Source: Pseudomonadota bacterium (lineage in GTDB: Bacteria > Desulfobacterota > Binatia > UBA9968). Taken from it: a stretch of DNA of 64,000 nucleotides. Each line of letters begins with the position of its first letter. Position 1 is the first letter of the stretch. The position numbers were made by a program, and so were the translations under genes. The stretch spans positions 199,293 to 263,292 of the forward strand of contig JAJPJQ010000051.1 in the NCBI GenBank assembly GCA_021324155.1, read 5' to 3'. This document shows positions 42,578 through 52,238 of this stretch, piece by piece. A model generated the notes under the pieces. That model saw nothing but the letters and a program-made list of their open reading frames with translations. It made no database searches and was not told where the DNA came from.

Positions 42578-44113
42578 TTACTTAAAATCGGGTTTCTCCT
42601 TCATGTAGAACTTTTCCAGCGCCGGCCGGTAGCGGTCCATAATTTCTTTATTCAAGTGGATCGGCGGCTTTTGATCGGGCGGCAGGAACGATTTGTATTG
42701 CACAGCGCCGATCTCCTTTTTGAACGTCTCTTTGGCTTGCGCCACCAGAGCAGGATCGGCGAAAAAATCCACAACGGAAGCCGCGAGCGCCTTGGCGCCG
42801 ACGACCGCGCCTTTATGCGCTAGCGACGTGGCGGGCGCGACGCCGGCAGCCCAATGGTGCGCCGGAATGCCGGGGATATTGGACGGGAAGGACACCCGCC
42901 CCGTCGGAACGATCCACGTCACCTCTCCGGAATCGTTCGACGACGCCGTCTGGCGCGACTCGCGAAGCGCCTCGACCTTGTGATGGAGGCCGATCACCGG
43001 CGCGCCCTGCTTTTTTTGTAGTTCCTTGGCGAGCGCTTCCTCCTCCTCGCTCCACTTCGGCATGCCGATGAGCTCCATGTTTTTCTGCGTTACTTCGGCG
43101 AGCGTCTTATTGCCGCGGGTCGGCCAGATCGCGCTGAAGACCTGAAAGCTCCACTGCGTGCCGGTCATGAGCGCCGCGCCCTCGGCGATCTTCTTCGCCT
43201 TATCGAAGTTCGCCTGCGCGCGCTCGATCGTCGTCTCGCGGAAGAACCACCAGATTTTGGCCAGCGGTGGGATGACGTTTGGCTGATCGCCGCCGAAGCT
43301 GATCACTCGATGGCTCCGCTGCGTGGGCTCCAGATGCTCGCGCAGCTTGTCGAAGCCGATGTCCATCAGCTCCGCCGCGTCGACGGCGTCTCTCCCATGC
43401 CATGGCGCCGATGCCGCGTGCGAAGTCTGCCCTTTGAACGTGAATTCCGCCGAGATGAGCGCGTATTGGCGGACACCGTACTCGGTCTTGAGCTCTTCGC
43501 CGACATGATCGTGAAACGCTATGTCGACGTCTTTAAAGTAGCCATCACGGACGAAGTACGGCCGCGGGATCAGAAGCTCCTCGGCCGGCGAGCCGAAGAT
43601 CTTGAGTGTCCCCTTGAGCTTGAATTGATCCATCGCTTTTTTTATGGCGAAAGCCGCGCCGATCATAACCGCCGCGTTCGTGTTGTGGCCTTCGGCGTGT
43701 CCCGGCGCGCCTTCGACCATCGGCTTGTGGTCGGTGACGCCGGGCGTCTGCGAGTTCCCCGGTGTTGTATCGTACTCGGTATGGATCGCGATCACCGGCG
43801 CGCCCGAACCGTATGTAGCCATGAACGCGGTCGGCATGCCGGATATCCCGCGCTCCACTTTGAAGCCGCCCTTCTCGAGAATCCCGGTCATGAGCTTCGA
43901 GGTTTCGAACTCCTGCATGCCCAGCTCGGCGAAATAGAAGATGTTGTCGCCGAGAAGCGCGATCGCCTTGGCGTTCTCGTCGACCGATTTGAAGACGACT
44001 TCTTTTTGCGCCGACAGATTCTGCGCCGCGGCCGGCACGGCGCCGAGAATCCACACGGCGAGCGACAACAGGGCGGCGAGTCGGAGCGCAGTTTTGCGGT
44101 TGGTGAAAAACAT
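42578..44113 (-). CDS. secreted M20-family amidohydrolase (AbgB/hippurate-hydrolase-like)
   Basis: 511-aa ORF with a signal peptide. Metal-ligand blocks (IAIHTEYD, GHNTNAAV, HDHVGEE) and a dimerisation-domain insert are typical of M20D peptidases. Confidence 0.7.
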   Translation of the reverse strand: MFFTNRKTALRLAALLSLAVWILGAVPAAAQNLSAQKEVVFKSVDENAKAIALLGDNIFYFAELGMQEFETSKLMTGILEKGGFKVERGISGMPTAFMATYGSGAPVIAIHTEYDTTPGNSQTPGVTDHKPMVEGAPGHAEGHNTNAAVMIGAAFAIKKAMDQFKLKGTLKIFGSPAEELLIPRPYFVRDGYFKDVDIAFHDHVGEELKTEYGVRQYALISAEFTFKGQTSHAASAPWHGRDAVDAAELMDIGFDKLREHLEPTQRSHRVISFGGDQPNVIPPLAKIWWFFRETTIERAQANFDKAKKIAEGAALMTGTQWSFQVFSAIWPTRGNKTLAEVTQKNMELIGMPKWSEEEEALAKELQKKQGAPVIGLHHKVEALRESRQTASSNDSGEVTWIVPTGRVSFPSNIPGIPAHHWAAGVAPATSLAHKGAVVGAKALAASVVDFFADPALVAQAKETFKKEIGAVQYKSFLPPDQKPPIHLNKEIMDRYRPALEKFYMKEKPDFK

Positions 44114-44188
44114 CCGTGACCTCCGTGAGAAAAATTACCGCGAAGGTAGTAAACGGACGCGGCCGATGTCAAGGGAGGAGAGTGTGTT

Positions 44189-45274
44189 TCAGCGCGCTCC
44201 GAGAAGCTTGCGGACGCGCTCGGCCGCCTCTTGCCTGCCGGTCGTGATCCACTGCCATTCGGCTTCGTCGAAGTAGCGCACGCCGGCGCGCGGAATAGCC
44301 GCGGGGTTCAGGAACGATTCGTCCACATCGCGCCGCAGAGTCGGCGCGCCGAAGCCTTTGGAATAAATTCCCAGACCCTCTTTGGAAACGATCCAGTTGG
44401 CGAACACGAGGGCGGCATTCGGATGCGGCGCGCGGCCGGCGACGGTCAGAAGCCATGGCGAGGCGTTGATCGTCGGTGCGATCGGCGGGAGTTCAAAGAT
44501 TTCTTCGATCTTGAATCCCTCCTGCTGAAGTGGCCGCACGTTGTCCTCGTCGCAGTTGAGACATATCGGATGCGTGCCGCGGGCGAGCCAGTCGGCCATC
44601 TGCCTGCGCTCGCGACTTAAGGCCGGCTTCTGATCGCGGAAGAGCCTGACTACGAAGTCTTCGCCCATCTGGAGCAGGAAGCGGCCCGCTTTGTTGGCGC
44701 CTGCGCCCACCGTCGCGGGGTCCTCGCTCGCAATCTTGCCGCGCCAGCGTGGCTGGAGCAGATCCGCCGCTGTGCGCAGGTCGTCGGGCCTGACGTAATC
44801 CCTGTTGATGTGGAACTGGCTTCTGACGCCGCTGAACGGACGAAGCACATAGCGCTCCTCGGGATCGGCGAACCAGAGCTTACCGTTTTTCCACCTCGAC
44901 GGATCGGTAACCTCCGGCAGCATCAGCAGCGGCCTCAGTGGATCGAGCATCCGCTCCTTGTAAAGCACCTGAGCGGTCGTATCCGGACCGGCGAGGAAAA
45001 CGTCCATGACATAAAGGCCGGCGTTGCGCTCGTTGCGGACGCGCGCGGCGATCTCGCTCGAGCGGCCGGCGACGAACTCGACCTGAATGCCGAAGCGCGC
45101 GGCAAAGCGCGGGATGATTTCCTTGCGCATCACGGGATCGGGAAAGCCCGCGACGACAACCGATCCTTCCTTTTTTCCCGCTGCAACGGCGGCGTTCCAG
45201 CTTTTCTCCCAGTGAGCGGTCTGAGCAAAAGCCGGCGGCGCCGCAAGGAGGCCGATCAACAGAAGGCGCAGCAT
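44189..45274 (-). CDS. extracellular solute-binding protein, family 1
   Basis: 361-aa ORF with signal peptide MLRLLLIGLLAAPPAFAQ. SVVVAGFPD... resembles the Fe3+/polyamine-type PBP2 N-terminus. Confidence 0.5.
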   Translation of the reverse strand: MLRLLLIGLLAAPPAFAQTAHWEKSWNAAVAAGKKEGSVVVAGFPDPVMRKEIIPRFAARFGIQVEFVAGRSSEIAARVRNERNAGLYVMDVFLAGPDTTAQVLYKERMLDPLRPLLMLPEVTDPSRWKNGKLWFADPEERYVLRPFSGVRSQFHINRDYVRPDDLRTAADLLQPRWRGKIASEDPATVGAGANKAGRFLLQMGEDFVVRLFRDQKPALSRERRQMADWLARGTHPICLNCDEDNVRPLQQEGFKIEEIFELPPIAPTINASPWLLTVAGRAPHPNAALVFANWIVSKEGLGIYSKGFGAPTLRRDVDESFLNPAAIPRAGVRYFDEAEWQWITTGRQEAAERVRKLLGAR

Positions 45275-45282
45275 CGCGAATC

Positions 45283-46284
45283 CTAACCCAGCGGGATCAC
45301 CCGACCCGACCGCAAGACGCTGAGCACGGTCGGATCGAAGACCTGCCGGCCGTTATGATCGGCGTCATCGAATCGAAAACGTCCGGTCGCGCCAGCGATT
45401 TCCGCTCCCGACTCGAGATCGTCGAGCGCGTGCGCTAATTTTCCTTCCGCGCCTGCGAGAGCGTCCGCGAGCAGCATCATCGCGTCCCAGCCGAAGCCGT
45501 GGTTTGCAGTCGGCAACGGGACGGCGCCAGCGCCGAGAGCGTCGACGAACTCCGCTTCTTCCGCGCTGCGCGGCGCGCCGCGCCGGAACATGTCGACGAA
45601 GTAGAAGCCTTCGGCCGAGCCGCCGACTCGCTCGATAAAACTCGGGCGCAGCAAAGAGCGTCCGAGCAGGAGCGGCATGCGCGGAGATATTTGCCGCAGT
45701 TTTTGCGCGAGCGGCAGCGCGCGCGTTTCGTCGGAAAGGACCAGATACGTGAGTTCCGGCCGCCACGAGCCGATCTCGTCGGGCCAGTCGGGCCGCGCGG
45801 CCGACACGGCGCACACCACCGCGCCTGCGGCGGCGAGAAACGAGGCGGTGTTGTCGGCGACGCGCTTTTGGAATTCCGTCTCGTCGTGAAGCAGGAAGAC
45901 ACGCCGGACACCGGCGACGCGCAGCAATTGGTCGGCGACGGACGCTGCGGTCATGCGCGTCGGCACGCCGATGTGAAAAACCGTCCGGCGGTTTTGCCGG
46001 ACCGCGGGATTGTTGTTGGCGACGAAACAGAGAAAATTAAATTCTTCGGAAAGCTCGCCGAGGCGAGTCGATTCGGGAACACCTGTCGCGCCGACGACAC
46101 CGTCGATCCTGCCGGCGTCCGGCGCGAGCGTCGAAGCGAGATCATCGAGATCACCGCGGCGAAACGTCTTCCTTTCGATCTCGACGCTTCGCCGCCGGGC
46201 CGCGAGCGTCGCGCCCAGCGACTGATCGACCGGCGACGGATCCTCGCCGGAGGGCCGGACGAGCAGAATGCGTAGCTGCGGCAT
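45283..46284 (-). CDS. periplasmic-binding-protein type I-like (LivK/ANF-receptor-like) protein, no clear signal peptide
   Basis: 333-aa ORF with high GC3. Alternating beta-alpha pattern. The family assignment is tentative. Confidence 0.35.
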   Translation of the reverse strand: MPQLRILLVRPSGEDPSPVDQSLGATLAARRRSVEIERKTFRRGDLDDLASTLAPDAGRIDGVVGATGVPESTRLGELSEEFNFLCFVANNNPAVRQNRRTVFHIGVPTRMTAASVADQLLRVAGVRRVFLLHDETEFQKRVADNTASFLAAAGAVVCAVSAARPDWPDEIGSWRPELTYLVLSDETRALPLAQKLRQISPRMPLLLGRSLLRPSFIERVGGSAEGFYFVDMFRRGAPRSAEEAEFVDALGAGAVPLPTANHGFGWDAMMLLADALAGAEGKLAHALDDLESGAEIAGATGRFRFDDADHNGRQVFDPTVLSVLRSGRVIPLG

Positions 46285-46293
46285 CGCGAATAC

Positions 46294-47298
46294 TTATTTA
46301 CTCGAACCGTACAACCGATCGAAGAATCCTTCTTGCTCCAATTCCCGAACCAGGCTGGCATCGATCAAATCTTCGGCCTTTTTGCCTTTGACACCAGGCT
46401 TCGCGCCGAATTCTTCGAGGCCAAGGCCGACCGCCTCAGCCTTGGGAAACGGCTTCTGCGGAATCGCGCCGAGCACGTACGTGCGGTACATGAAATCGAG
46501 CAGCGCCGGATCGCGCACGCCGATGTATTGGGTAAAAATGCGGTCCGCAGCCGCGCGGTCGCGGCGCGCAAGCGCGGTCGCGTCGCACATCGCCTTGAGG
46601 AAATTTTTCACGGTCGCGCGGTCGCGCCGAAGCACCGCGCTCGCTACCGCGAAATCGACGCCGGCGCCGATGTAGAGCTTCAGGCTCTCGTTGTCGGCGA
46701 GCACGCGGACTTTATCCATCTCGCCGCGCCGCTCCAGCTCGAAGAGATTATCCTCGTTGCTGGTCGTCGCGTCGATCTTGCCGGCAATGAGCGCCTTCAG
46801 ACGCTCGACGCTGCGCCCGCCGATCGGCACAAGCGTGACGTCGCGCTCGGGATCGAGACCGACGCGGAGAAGCGCCTGGTGCGTAATTCTGTCCTGGCTG
46901 CTGCCGAGCTCGCCGGTGCCGACGCGCTTGCCTTTGAGCTGCGACGGCGCGGTGATTTCCGGCCGCGTCAAGAGCTTGAGAACGCTGTAACCTGTGTTGG
47001 CGATGAAGCCGAGAGCGGCGCCATCGCCGATGGCAGAAACAATGTACGGCGCCGTTGCGGCGTACATGTCCGCGTCGCGGCGCGCGAGCGCCGCCAGCAG
47101 CTCGTCGCTCGACGCCGGCTCCTTCAATGCGACGTCGACGCCGTATTTCTTGAACAGCCCGGCGTCGCGCGCGAGCCAGAGCGGAAGCTTCGGCGGCCGC
47201 GGCGGGTAGGAAACGATAGTGAGGTTTTTCTCCTGCGCCCACGCCGGATGGATCAACGCGCAAAACAAGATCGATAGGAGGATCAAACCGCTTTTCAT
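46294..47298 (-). CDS. ABC-type substrate-binding protein, NMT1/THI5 (SsuA/TauA-like) family
   Basis: 334-aa ORF with a signal peptide. LKGKRVGTGELGSS family motif. Confidence 0.7.
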   Translation of the reverse strand: MKSGLILLSILFCALIHPAWAQEKNLTIVSYPPRPPKLPLWLARDAGLFKKYGVDVALKEPASSDELLAALARRDADMYAATAPYIVSAIGDGAALGFIANTGYSVLKLLTRPEITAPSQLKGKRVGTGELGSSQDRITHQALLRVGLDPERDVTLVPIGGRSVERLKALIAGKIDATTSNEDNLFELERRGEMDKVRVLADNESLKLYIGAGVDFAVASAVLRRDRATVKNFLKAMCDATALARRDRAAADRIFTQYIGVRDPALLDFMYRTYVLGAIPQKPFPKAEAVGLGLEEFGAKPGVKGKKAEDLIDASLVRELEQEGFFDRLYGSSK

Positions 47299-47332
47299 TG
47301 CTGTTTCGGACTTTTACGTTTCACCTTGCCTT

Positions 47333-48763
47333 TTATTTCCCCGCTTCCTGCTCGGGACGGTCGACGATCGGGCGCGGGATGGGATTCTTGTAATCCGGAT
47401 GAAACGCGAGGTCGACCGGCTTGCCGTCCATAAAGAATTTCTCGACGCGCATCGTCGCCCGGATGTCGTTGGCGACATCGCCGTTCACGATGACGATGTC
47501 GGCGACCTTGCCTTTCTCGACGCTGCCGTAATCTCTTTGACGGCCCCACGCCTCGGCGACGTTAAGACTGACGCCCTCGATCGCCTGGATGGGCGTGAGA
47601 CCCGCTTCGACGGCCATCTCGAGCTCGGCGTGCAAGCCGTAGCCGGCGAGAATCGCATCGGGATCGGAGCCCAGATGAATTTTGCCGCCTGCCGCGACGA
47701 AGCGGCGGGCGAACTCCTGCACGTTCTTATATCCCTGCTCGAGCCGAGCGCGTAGCTCCGGCGGAGCTTTGGCGAAGAGCGAGTAAAGCTTCTCGACGTC
47801 CTTCGGAATGTAGGACGGAAGATAGCGAAGGTTGGGATCGTTCAAGAGCGCGGCTTCCTCTTTGCGCATGTCGGCGCCGCGGCGGGCGATCGGCCGGTAC
47901 GTCGTGCCCCAGGTCGGACTCCAGTGGACGTTGCGCGCGACCATCGTCTTGATGAGCTTGTCGAACTGGTCGCGCTCCATGAACGAGAGCGCTTCGGCGG
48001 TGCTCATTTTTCCGGTGATGCGCGCGAAGTCGATCTCTTTTTTCTTTTTCGGGTCCGTGATCGTGGTAAACAGCACAGACCACGCGTGCTCGACGGACTG
48101 ATAGCCCGCATCGGCCGACACATAGATATCCAGCGTATGGCCGATCACCGGCTTGCCGGCGCGGTGCGCCTCCTCGGCGGCCGCCTTGGCATCCTGCGGC
48201 CGGAGCCGCTCGAAGAGCTTGAAGCCGTCGACTCCTTTCGCGATTGCGGCGCGCACCGCCGCGCGCGCCTCCTCTTCGTTGTTGACGAACGTGCTCATGC
48301 GCTGACGCCGCAGTCCGCCCATGCCCTCCGGCGGCGGCCCATCGATCACGTTACCGTTGGCCCAGACGCGCGGGCCGCGGATGGTGCCGTTCTTCACCCC
48401 CTCGCGCTGCGCAATCACCCAGTCGGTCGGATTGTTCGAGATCGTCGGGCATGTGGTGATCCCGAAATGTAGATAGATCTCGCCCATCCAGTCGCGTAGG
48501 TGGCAATGGCCGTCGATCAGTCCGGGCAGGATTGTCCTGCCTTTGGCATTGATCACCTCGGCTCCGTCGGGCGGCTTGACCTCGCCGCGACGGCCGACGT
48601 CGCGGATGCGGCCGTCCTGGAACACGACGACGGCATCGGCGATGGGAGCGCGGCCGGTGCCGTCGATCAGCGTGCCGCCGTCGATGACGACCGGGCGGTT
48701 TTGCGCTGTCGCGTTCGCGGCGGCGAGCGCGAGCATTGCGAGCGCGAAAAAATAGATTTTCAT
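47333..48763 (-). CDS. secreted amidohydrolase-family metal-dependent hydrolase
   Basis: 476-aa ORF with a signal peptide. ILPGLIDGHCHL (HxH) at the N-terminus, GKIHLGSD and a later Asp match the amidohydrolase-1 TIM-barrel fold. Confidence 0.7.
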   Translation of the reverse strand: MKIYFFALAMLALAAANATAQNRPVVIDGGTLIDGTGRAPIADAVVVFQDGRIRDVGRRGEVKPPDGAEVINAKGRTILPGLIDGHCHLRDWMGEIYLHFGITTCPTISNNPTDWVIAQREGVKNGTIRGPRVWANGNVIDGPPPEGMGGLRRQRMSTFVNNEEEARAAVRAAIAKGVDGFKLFERLRPQDAKAAAEEAHRAGKPVIGHTLDIYVSADAGYQSVEHAWSVLFTTITDPKKKKEIDFARITGKMSTAEALSFMERDQFDKLIKTMVARNVHWSPTWGTTYRPIARRGADMRKEEAALLNDPNLRYLPSYIPKDVEKLYSLFAKAPPELRARLEQGYKNVQEFARRFVAAGGKIHLGSDPDAILAGYGLHAELEMAVEAGLTPIQAIEGVSLNVAEAWGRQRDYGSVEKGKVADIVIVNGDVANDIRATMRVEKFFMDGKPVDLAFHPDYKNPIPRPIVDRPEQEAGK

Positions 48764-48837
48764 GCGTCCTCCGTTGGAAACGGTCTAAGCTAACGCAGGA
48801 CGAAGCTCGGCTGCAAGGCCGCAGCGCGTTTTTGGAC

Positions 48838-48878
48838 GCAAAAAGAAAGGCGGCGCCGCCCGTTGCCGGGCGACGCCG
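48838..48878 (-). terminator. rho-independent terminator (minus strand)
   Basis: Minus-strand GGCGTCGCCCGGCAACGGGCGGCGCC hairpin followed by TTTCTTTTTG, downstream of 48925..49212. Confidence 0.55.
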
Positions 48879-48924
48879 TTGTGGTGAGTTATGGAGCGGA
48901 AGTTATGGGAAGGAGACGAGCGGA

Positions 48925-49212
48925 TTAGCCGTAAATATCCATGCCGTTTGGAGCGTCGGAAAATTTGCGCCTACCCATCGTGGACGGCTCGATCGCAGCG
49001 CTCGCGTCGGAATACTCGACGTCCAAAAATTCGGCTTCGTCGAAGTAAAGCTTGTCGCCGTCGATGCCGCCGCCCGGATAACTGCGCTCGAATTGCACGA
49101 GCCAGCTATGGCGCGACTGCGGGCGATACTCGACGACCGTTCCGTCCTCGAGCGCTCGCAGCCAGTGCTGTGGTTTGATTTTGACCTTCGCTCCGATTCG
49201 TACTTTCTTCAT
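48925..49212 (-). CDS. hypothetical protein
   Basis: ORF 48925..49347 trimmed to MKKVRIGAKVKIKP... (95 aa). No family recognised. Confidence 0.35.
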   Translation of the reverse strand: MKKVRIGAKVKIKPQHWLRALEDGTVVEYRPQSRHSWLVQFERSYPGGGIDGDKLYFDEAEFLDVEYSDASAAIEPSTMGRRKFSDAPNGMDIYG

Positions 49213-49270
49213 TGTTGCCTCAACCTCCAGTGCGAGCCCGATGCCGTTTCGTGACTCCACCTCATAATTT

Positions 49271-49699
49271 TTATATTTCTTGTCCCCGCCTAACGGCGCG
49301 CGCGTCGCCATTGGCGAGTTCGACGTCACGGCCCTGGTTGTCGACAATAGAGAACGCGATCAATTCGGTCGGAGTGCAGCGAGTGCCGTCGCAGTTCGCG
49401 CTGAACAGCGCGACGGCATAAAACTGCTTCTCCGGGTTCTGGAACATCGCCAGCACGTGCGTCGCGTCGACCATGACCGCGCTGCCGGGGATCAACTGAA
49501 AATCCTTCAAAACCCCGCCCATCGTCTGTGCCTCCGGGACCTCGGGCGAAGACAAGCCGGGGGTTTGGCCCGGCTTGTCTTCGTCTTCATCGGTGCCCGG
49601 AGAAGCCAGCGCAACGAGAAAGATAAACACGGTCGTCACGCAGACGAGCGCGGAGACTAATATCTTCCAGCCATCCTGAAGTTTTGCGCCGGGTGTCAT
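49271..49699 (-). CDS. hypothetical membrane-anchored protein
   Basis: ORF 49271..49804 trimmed to MTPGAKLQDGWKILVSALVCVTTVFIFLVALASPG... It has an N-terminal TM anchor and an acidic linker. Confidence 0.35.
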   Translation of the reverse strand: MTPGAKLQDGWKILVSALVCVTTVFIFLVALASPGTDEDEDKPGQTPGLSSPEVPEAQTMGGVLKDFQLIPGSAVMVDATHVLAMFQNPEKQFYAVALFSANCDGTRCTPTELIAFSIVDNQGRDVELANGDARAVRRGQEI

Positions 49700-49904
49700 G
49701 TTCGCGCCTCCATCGGAGCTACCCTTGTGCCTTGAGCAACGCGCATGCCAGAAGAAAGAAGCCGGAAAGTAAATAGATTTCTCGCAGCCGGGCGGCCCGA
49801 TCACCCGTAAAAATGTGAATGCGGGGAAATTTTTACTAGCCGGTCAGAAGAGCACTGTTACAGGCGGATGACGGCTAGCGAGGCTTTACCGGAGGGATCG
49901 AGAG

Positions 49905-50762
49905 TTATTGGGGTTTTTCACCCGAGACGAGCGCATACGGGAAGCTTCCGCTCACGTGCAGCGCGTCGCCGTGCTTGTGCCAGGTGAAATAGGTCGCTTT
50001 CAGCCGCTCGGCCAACGCCGGCGCCTCGGCTTCCAGCTCGGCGGCGATCTCAAGCCAGTGCGCGCCGGTTGGAATACCGTCCATCCCCTCCTGGTCGAAG
50101 GTGTAGGTAACGACCCTGGCGCGGGCGCCGCGATAGCCCGCTTTCAGCAGCAGCCGCTGGATGCCGCTCGCCGTGTGAAAGCGGAAATCCTGGCCGTGGG
50201 TCCGGCGGAAGACCTCGTTGACTTTAGCGTCGAGAGCGGCGCCGAGCGCGTCGGTGGACTCTTTGAGGACGGGGTCGAGAATCACGAATTTGCCGCCGTT
50301 ACGCAGGACGCGCAGGACCTCGCGAACGACGCGCTCGGGATTGCCGAAGTGATGCAGGCTGAAGGAGACGAAGGCCCGGTCGAAAGCATTCGCCTTGAAC
50401 GGCAGCGCGTCGGCCTCGCCGGCGCACTGGCTGTATGCCGGAATGGGCTCTTCGTGCCGGTGTCCGACCTCGAGCATCGCAGGCGCCTGGTCGACGCCGA
50501 CGATGCGCCCGCCGTGAAGCCGCTTTGCGACCGGCCGGGCGGCGCGGCCGGTGCCGGTCGCAACTTCCAAGACTGATTCCTCACTTCCGAGCTCCAGCAT
50601 TTCAGCGAGCTTCTCCGCCAGGTCGGCGCGGATCTCCGATTTGCGCCGGTCGAATTCCGCCGCATGCTCGGGGTCGTGGAAACGGGTCTTATGTTCGTGA
50701 CGGCCGCCGCGATGCTCGTGGGAATGACTCGGGCCGTGATCGTGCTTGTCACCTTCGCTCAT
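49905..50762 (-). CDS. class I SAM-dependent methyltransferase with His-rich N-terminal tail
   Basis: LEVATGTGRAARPVA motif I and FDRAFVSFSLHHF motif. The N-terminus HDHGPSHSHEHRGGRHEHKTRFHDPEH has 9 His in 27 aa. Start trimmed to the Met that overlaps the EVE gene stop as ATGA. Confidence 0.65.
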   Translation of the reverse strand: MSEGDKHDHGPSHSHEHRGGRHEHKTRFHDPEHAAEFDRRKSEIRADLAEKLAEMLELGSEESVLEVATGTGRAARPVAKRLHGGRIVGVDQAPAMLEVGHRHEEPIPAYSQCAGEADALPFKANAFDRAFVSFSLHHFGNPERVVREVLRVLRNGGKFVILDPVLKESTDALGAALDAKVNEVFRRTHGQDFRFHTASGIQRLLLKAGYRGARARVVTYTFDQEGMDGIPTGAHWLEIAAELEAEAPALAERLKATYFTWHKHGDALHVSGSFPYALVSGEKPQ

Positions 50763-51166
50763 TTCGCCATCGTCTCGATCGCCTTCCATTGCGCATCGCT
50801 CACCGGCATCACGGAAAGCCGCGGCAGGCGCACGAGATCGAAGCTCTTCAGTTTCGGATCGGCCTTGACCTCGGCCAGCGTCACCGGCCGCGGCATCGCC
50901 TTATCCGCCTCGATGTCGAAGACGAGCAGCTTGGAGTCTTTCTTCGCGGGATCGGGATAGGCATCGCTCGCCGCGCGCGCCAGCCCGACGACCGCCTTCT
51001 CGTCCCCGGTGTGGTAAATCACGATCGCGTCGCCTTTTTTGATCGCCGCTATATGCTTCAGCGCGAGGTTGTTCTTGACGCCGTCCCACATCGTGCGCTT
51101 GTCTTTTTGCAATTGCGCGAACGAATAGGCGGACGGTTCGGTCTTCAATAACCAGCGGTTGGCCAT
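50759..51166 (-). CDS. EVE-domain (PUA-like) protein
   Basis: ORF 50759..51238 trimmed to MANRWLLKTEPSAYSF, a typical EVE N-terminus. ~135 aa. Confidence 0.65.
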   Translation of the reverse strand: MANRWLLKTEPSAYSFAQLQKDKRTMWDGVKNNLALKHIAAIKKGDAIVIYHTGDEKAVVGLARAASDAYPDPAKKDSKLLVFDIEADKAMPRPVTLAEVKADPKLKSFDLVRLPRLSVMPVSDAQWKAIETMAK

Positions 51167-51247
51167 GACCGGTTTTATAGACCGCGCAGCACGGCAATAC
51201 AACGCCTTGACTGTCCGCGCGCTTCCGAAGTATGCCACTTGTGGCTC

Positions 51248-52226
51248 TATGACATTTCCTTACCGCTGCCTGACCATTCTTTCCTGCGTTCTTGCGCTTT
51301 GTTCATCGGCGTTCGCGGCGGAGCGCCTCCGCGCGTCCTACGCCGCGCCCAACGCGAGCCAGTCGCCGCTCTGGGCGGCGCAGGCGCGCGGCTACTTCGC
51401 CAAATACGGTCTCGAAGTCGATCTCCTCTATATCAGCAGCGGCTCGCTCAACGTCCAGGCGCTCGTCGGCAACACCGTGCAGTTCGCCGCCGGCGGTCCC
51501 GCCGCGCTCGAGGCGCGGCTGCGCGGCCCGAAGCTCCTCACTATCGCCAATCCCTTGAACGTGCTCGCGAGCAACCTGGTCACGATTCCCGAGATCAAAT
51601 CGATCGCCGACCTGAAAGGCAAAATCGGCGGCATCTCGCGCTTCGGCTCGTCGACCCATCAGGGCCTGCGCTATTTATTCAGAACCAACGGCCTTAGCGT
51701 CGAGAACGATCTCAAGATGCTCCAGCTCGGCGGCGACGCGAGCCGCCTCGCCGCGCTGAAGGCGGGGAAAATCCAGTACACATTCCTCGGCGCCGCGGCG
51801 AGCGAGCAGGCGCGCGGCCAAGGCCTCAAGGTCCTCGCGACCGCGCGGCAGATGAACATCCCGTTTCCGTGGACCTCGGTCGTCGTCAACGAGCCGTGGC
51901 TGGAAGCGAACCGCGACACGGCTTACAGGTATGTAAAGGCAGTCACTGAAGCGATCCGCTTCATGAAGCATAATCGCGCCGAGAGCGAGAAGATGATCGC
52001 CAAGTATATGCGCATCGACGATCCGCGCCTCGCCAGCGTCGAGTACGAGTTCAACGTCGGACTTTTTCCCGACCTCCCCTATCCGACGCTCGACGGCATG
52101 AAGCTGATTCTGGAAAATCTCGCCGCCGAGACGCCGGAGTTCGCGCGCCATAAGCCGGACGAGTTCGCCGACTCTTCGCTGGTCGAGCGGCTCAAGCGCG
52201 AAAAGTTTGTAGAAAGCCTGAAATAG
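51248..52226 (+). CDS. ABC-type substrate-binding protein, NMT1/THI5 (SsuA/TauA-like) family
   Basis: ORF 51159..52226 trimmed to MTFPYRCLTILSCVLALCSSAFA (signal). LKGKIGGISRFGSS family motif. Confidence 0.7.
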
Positions 52227-52238
52227 CCAGGAGGAGCC

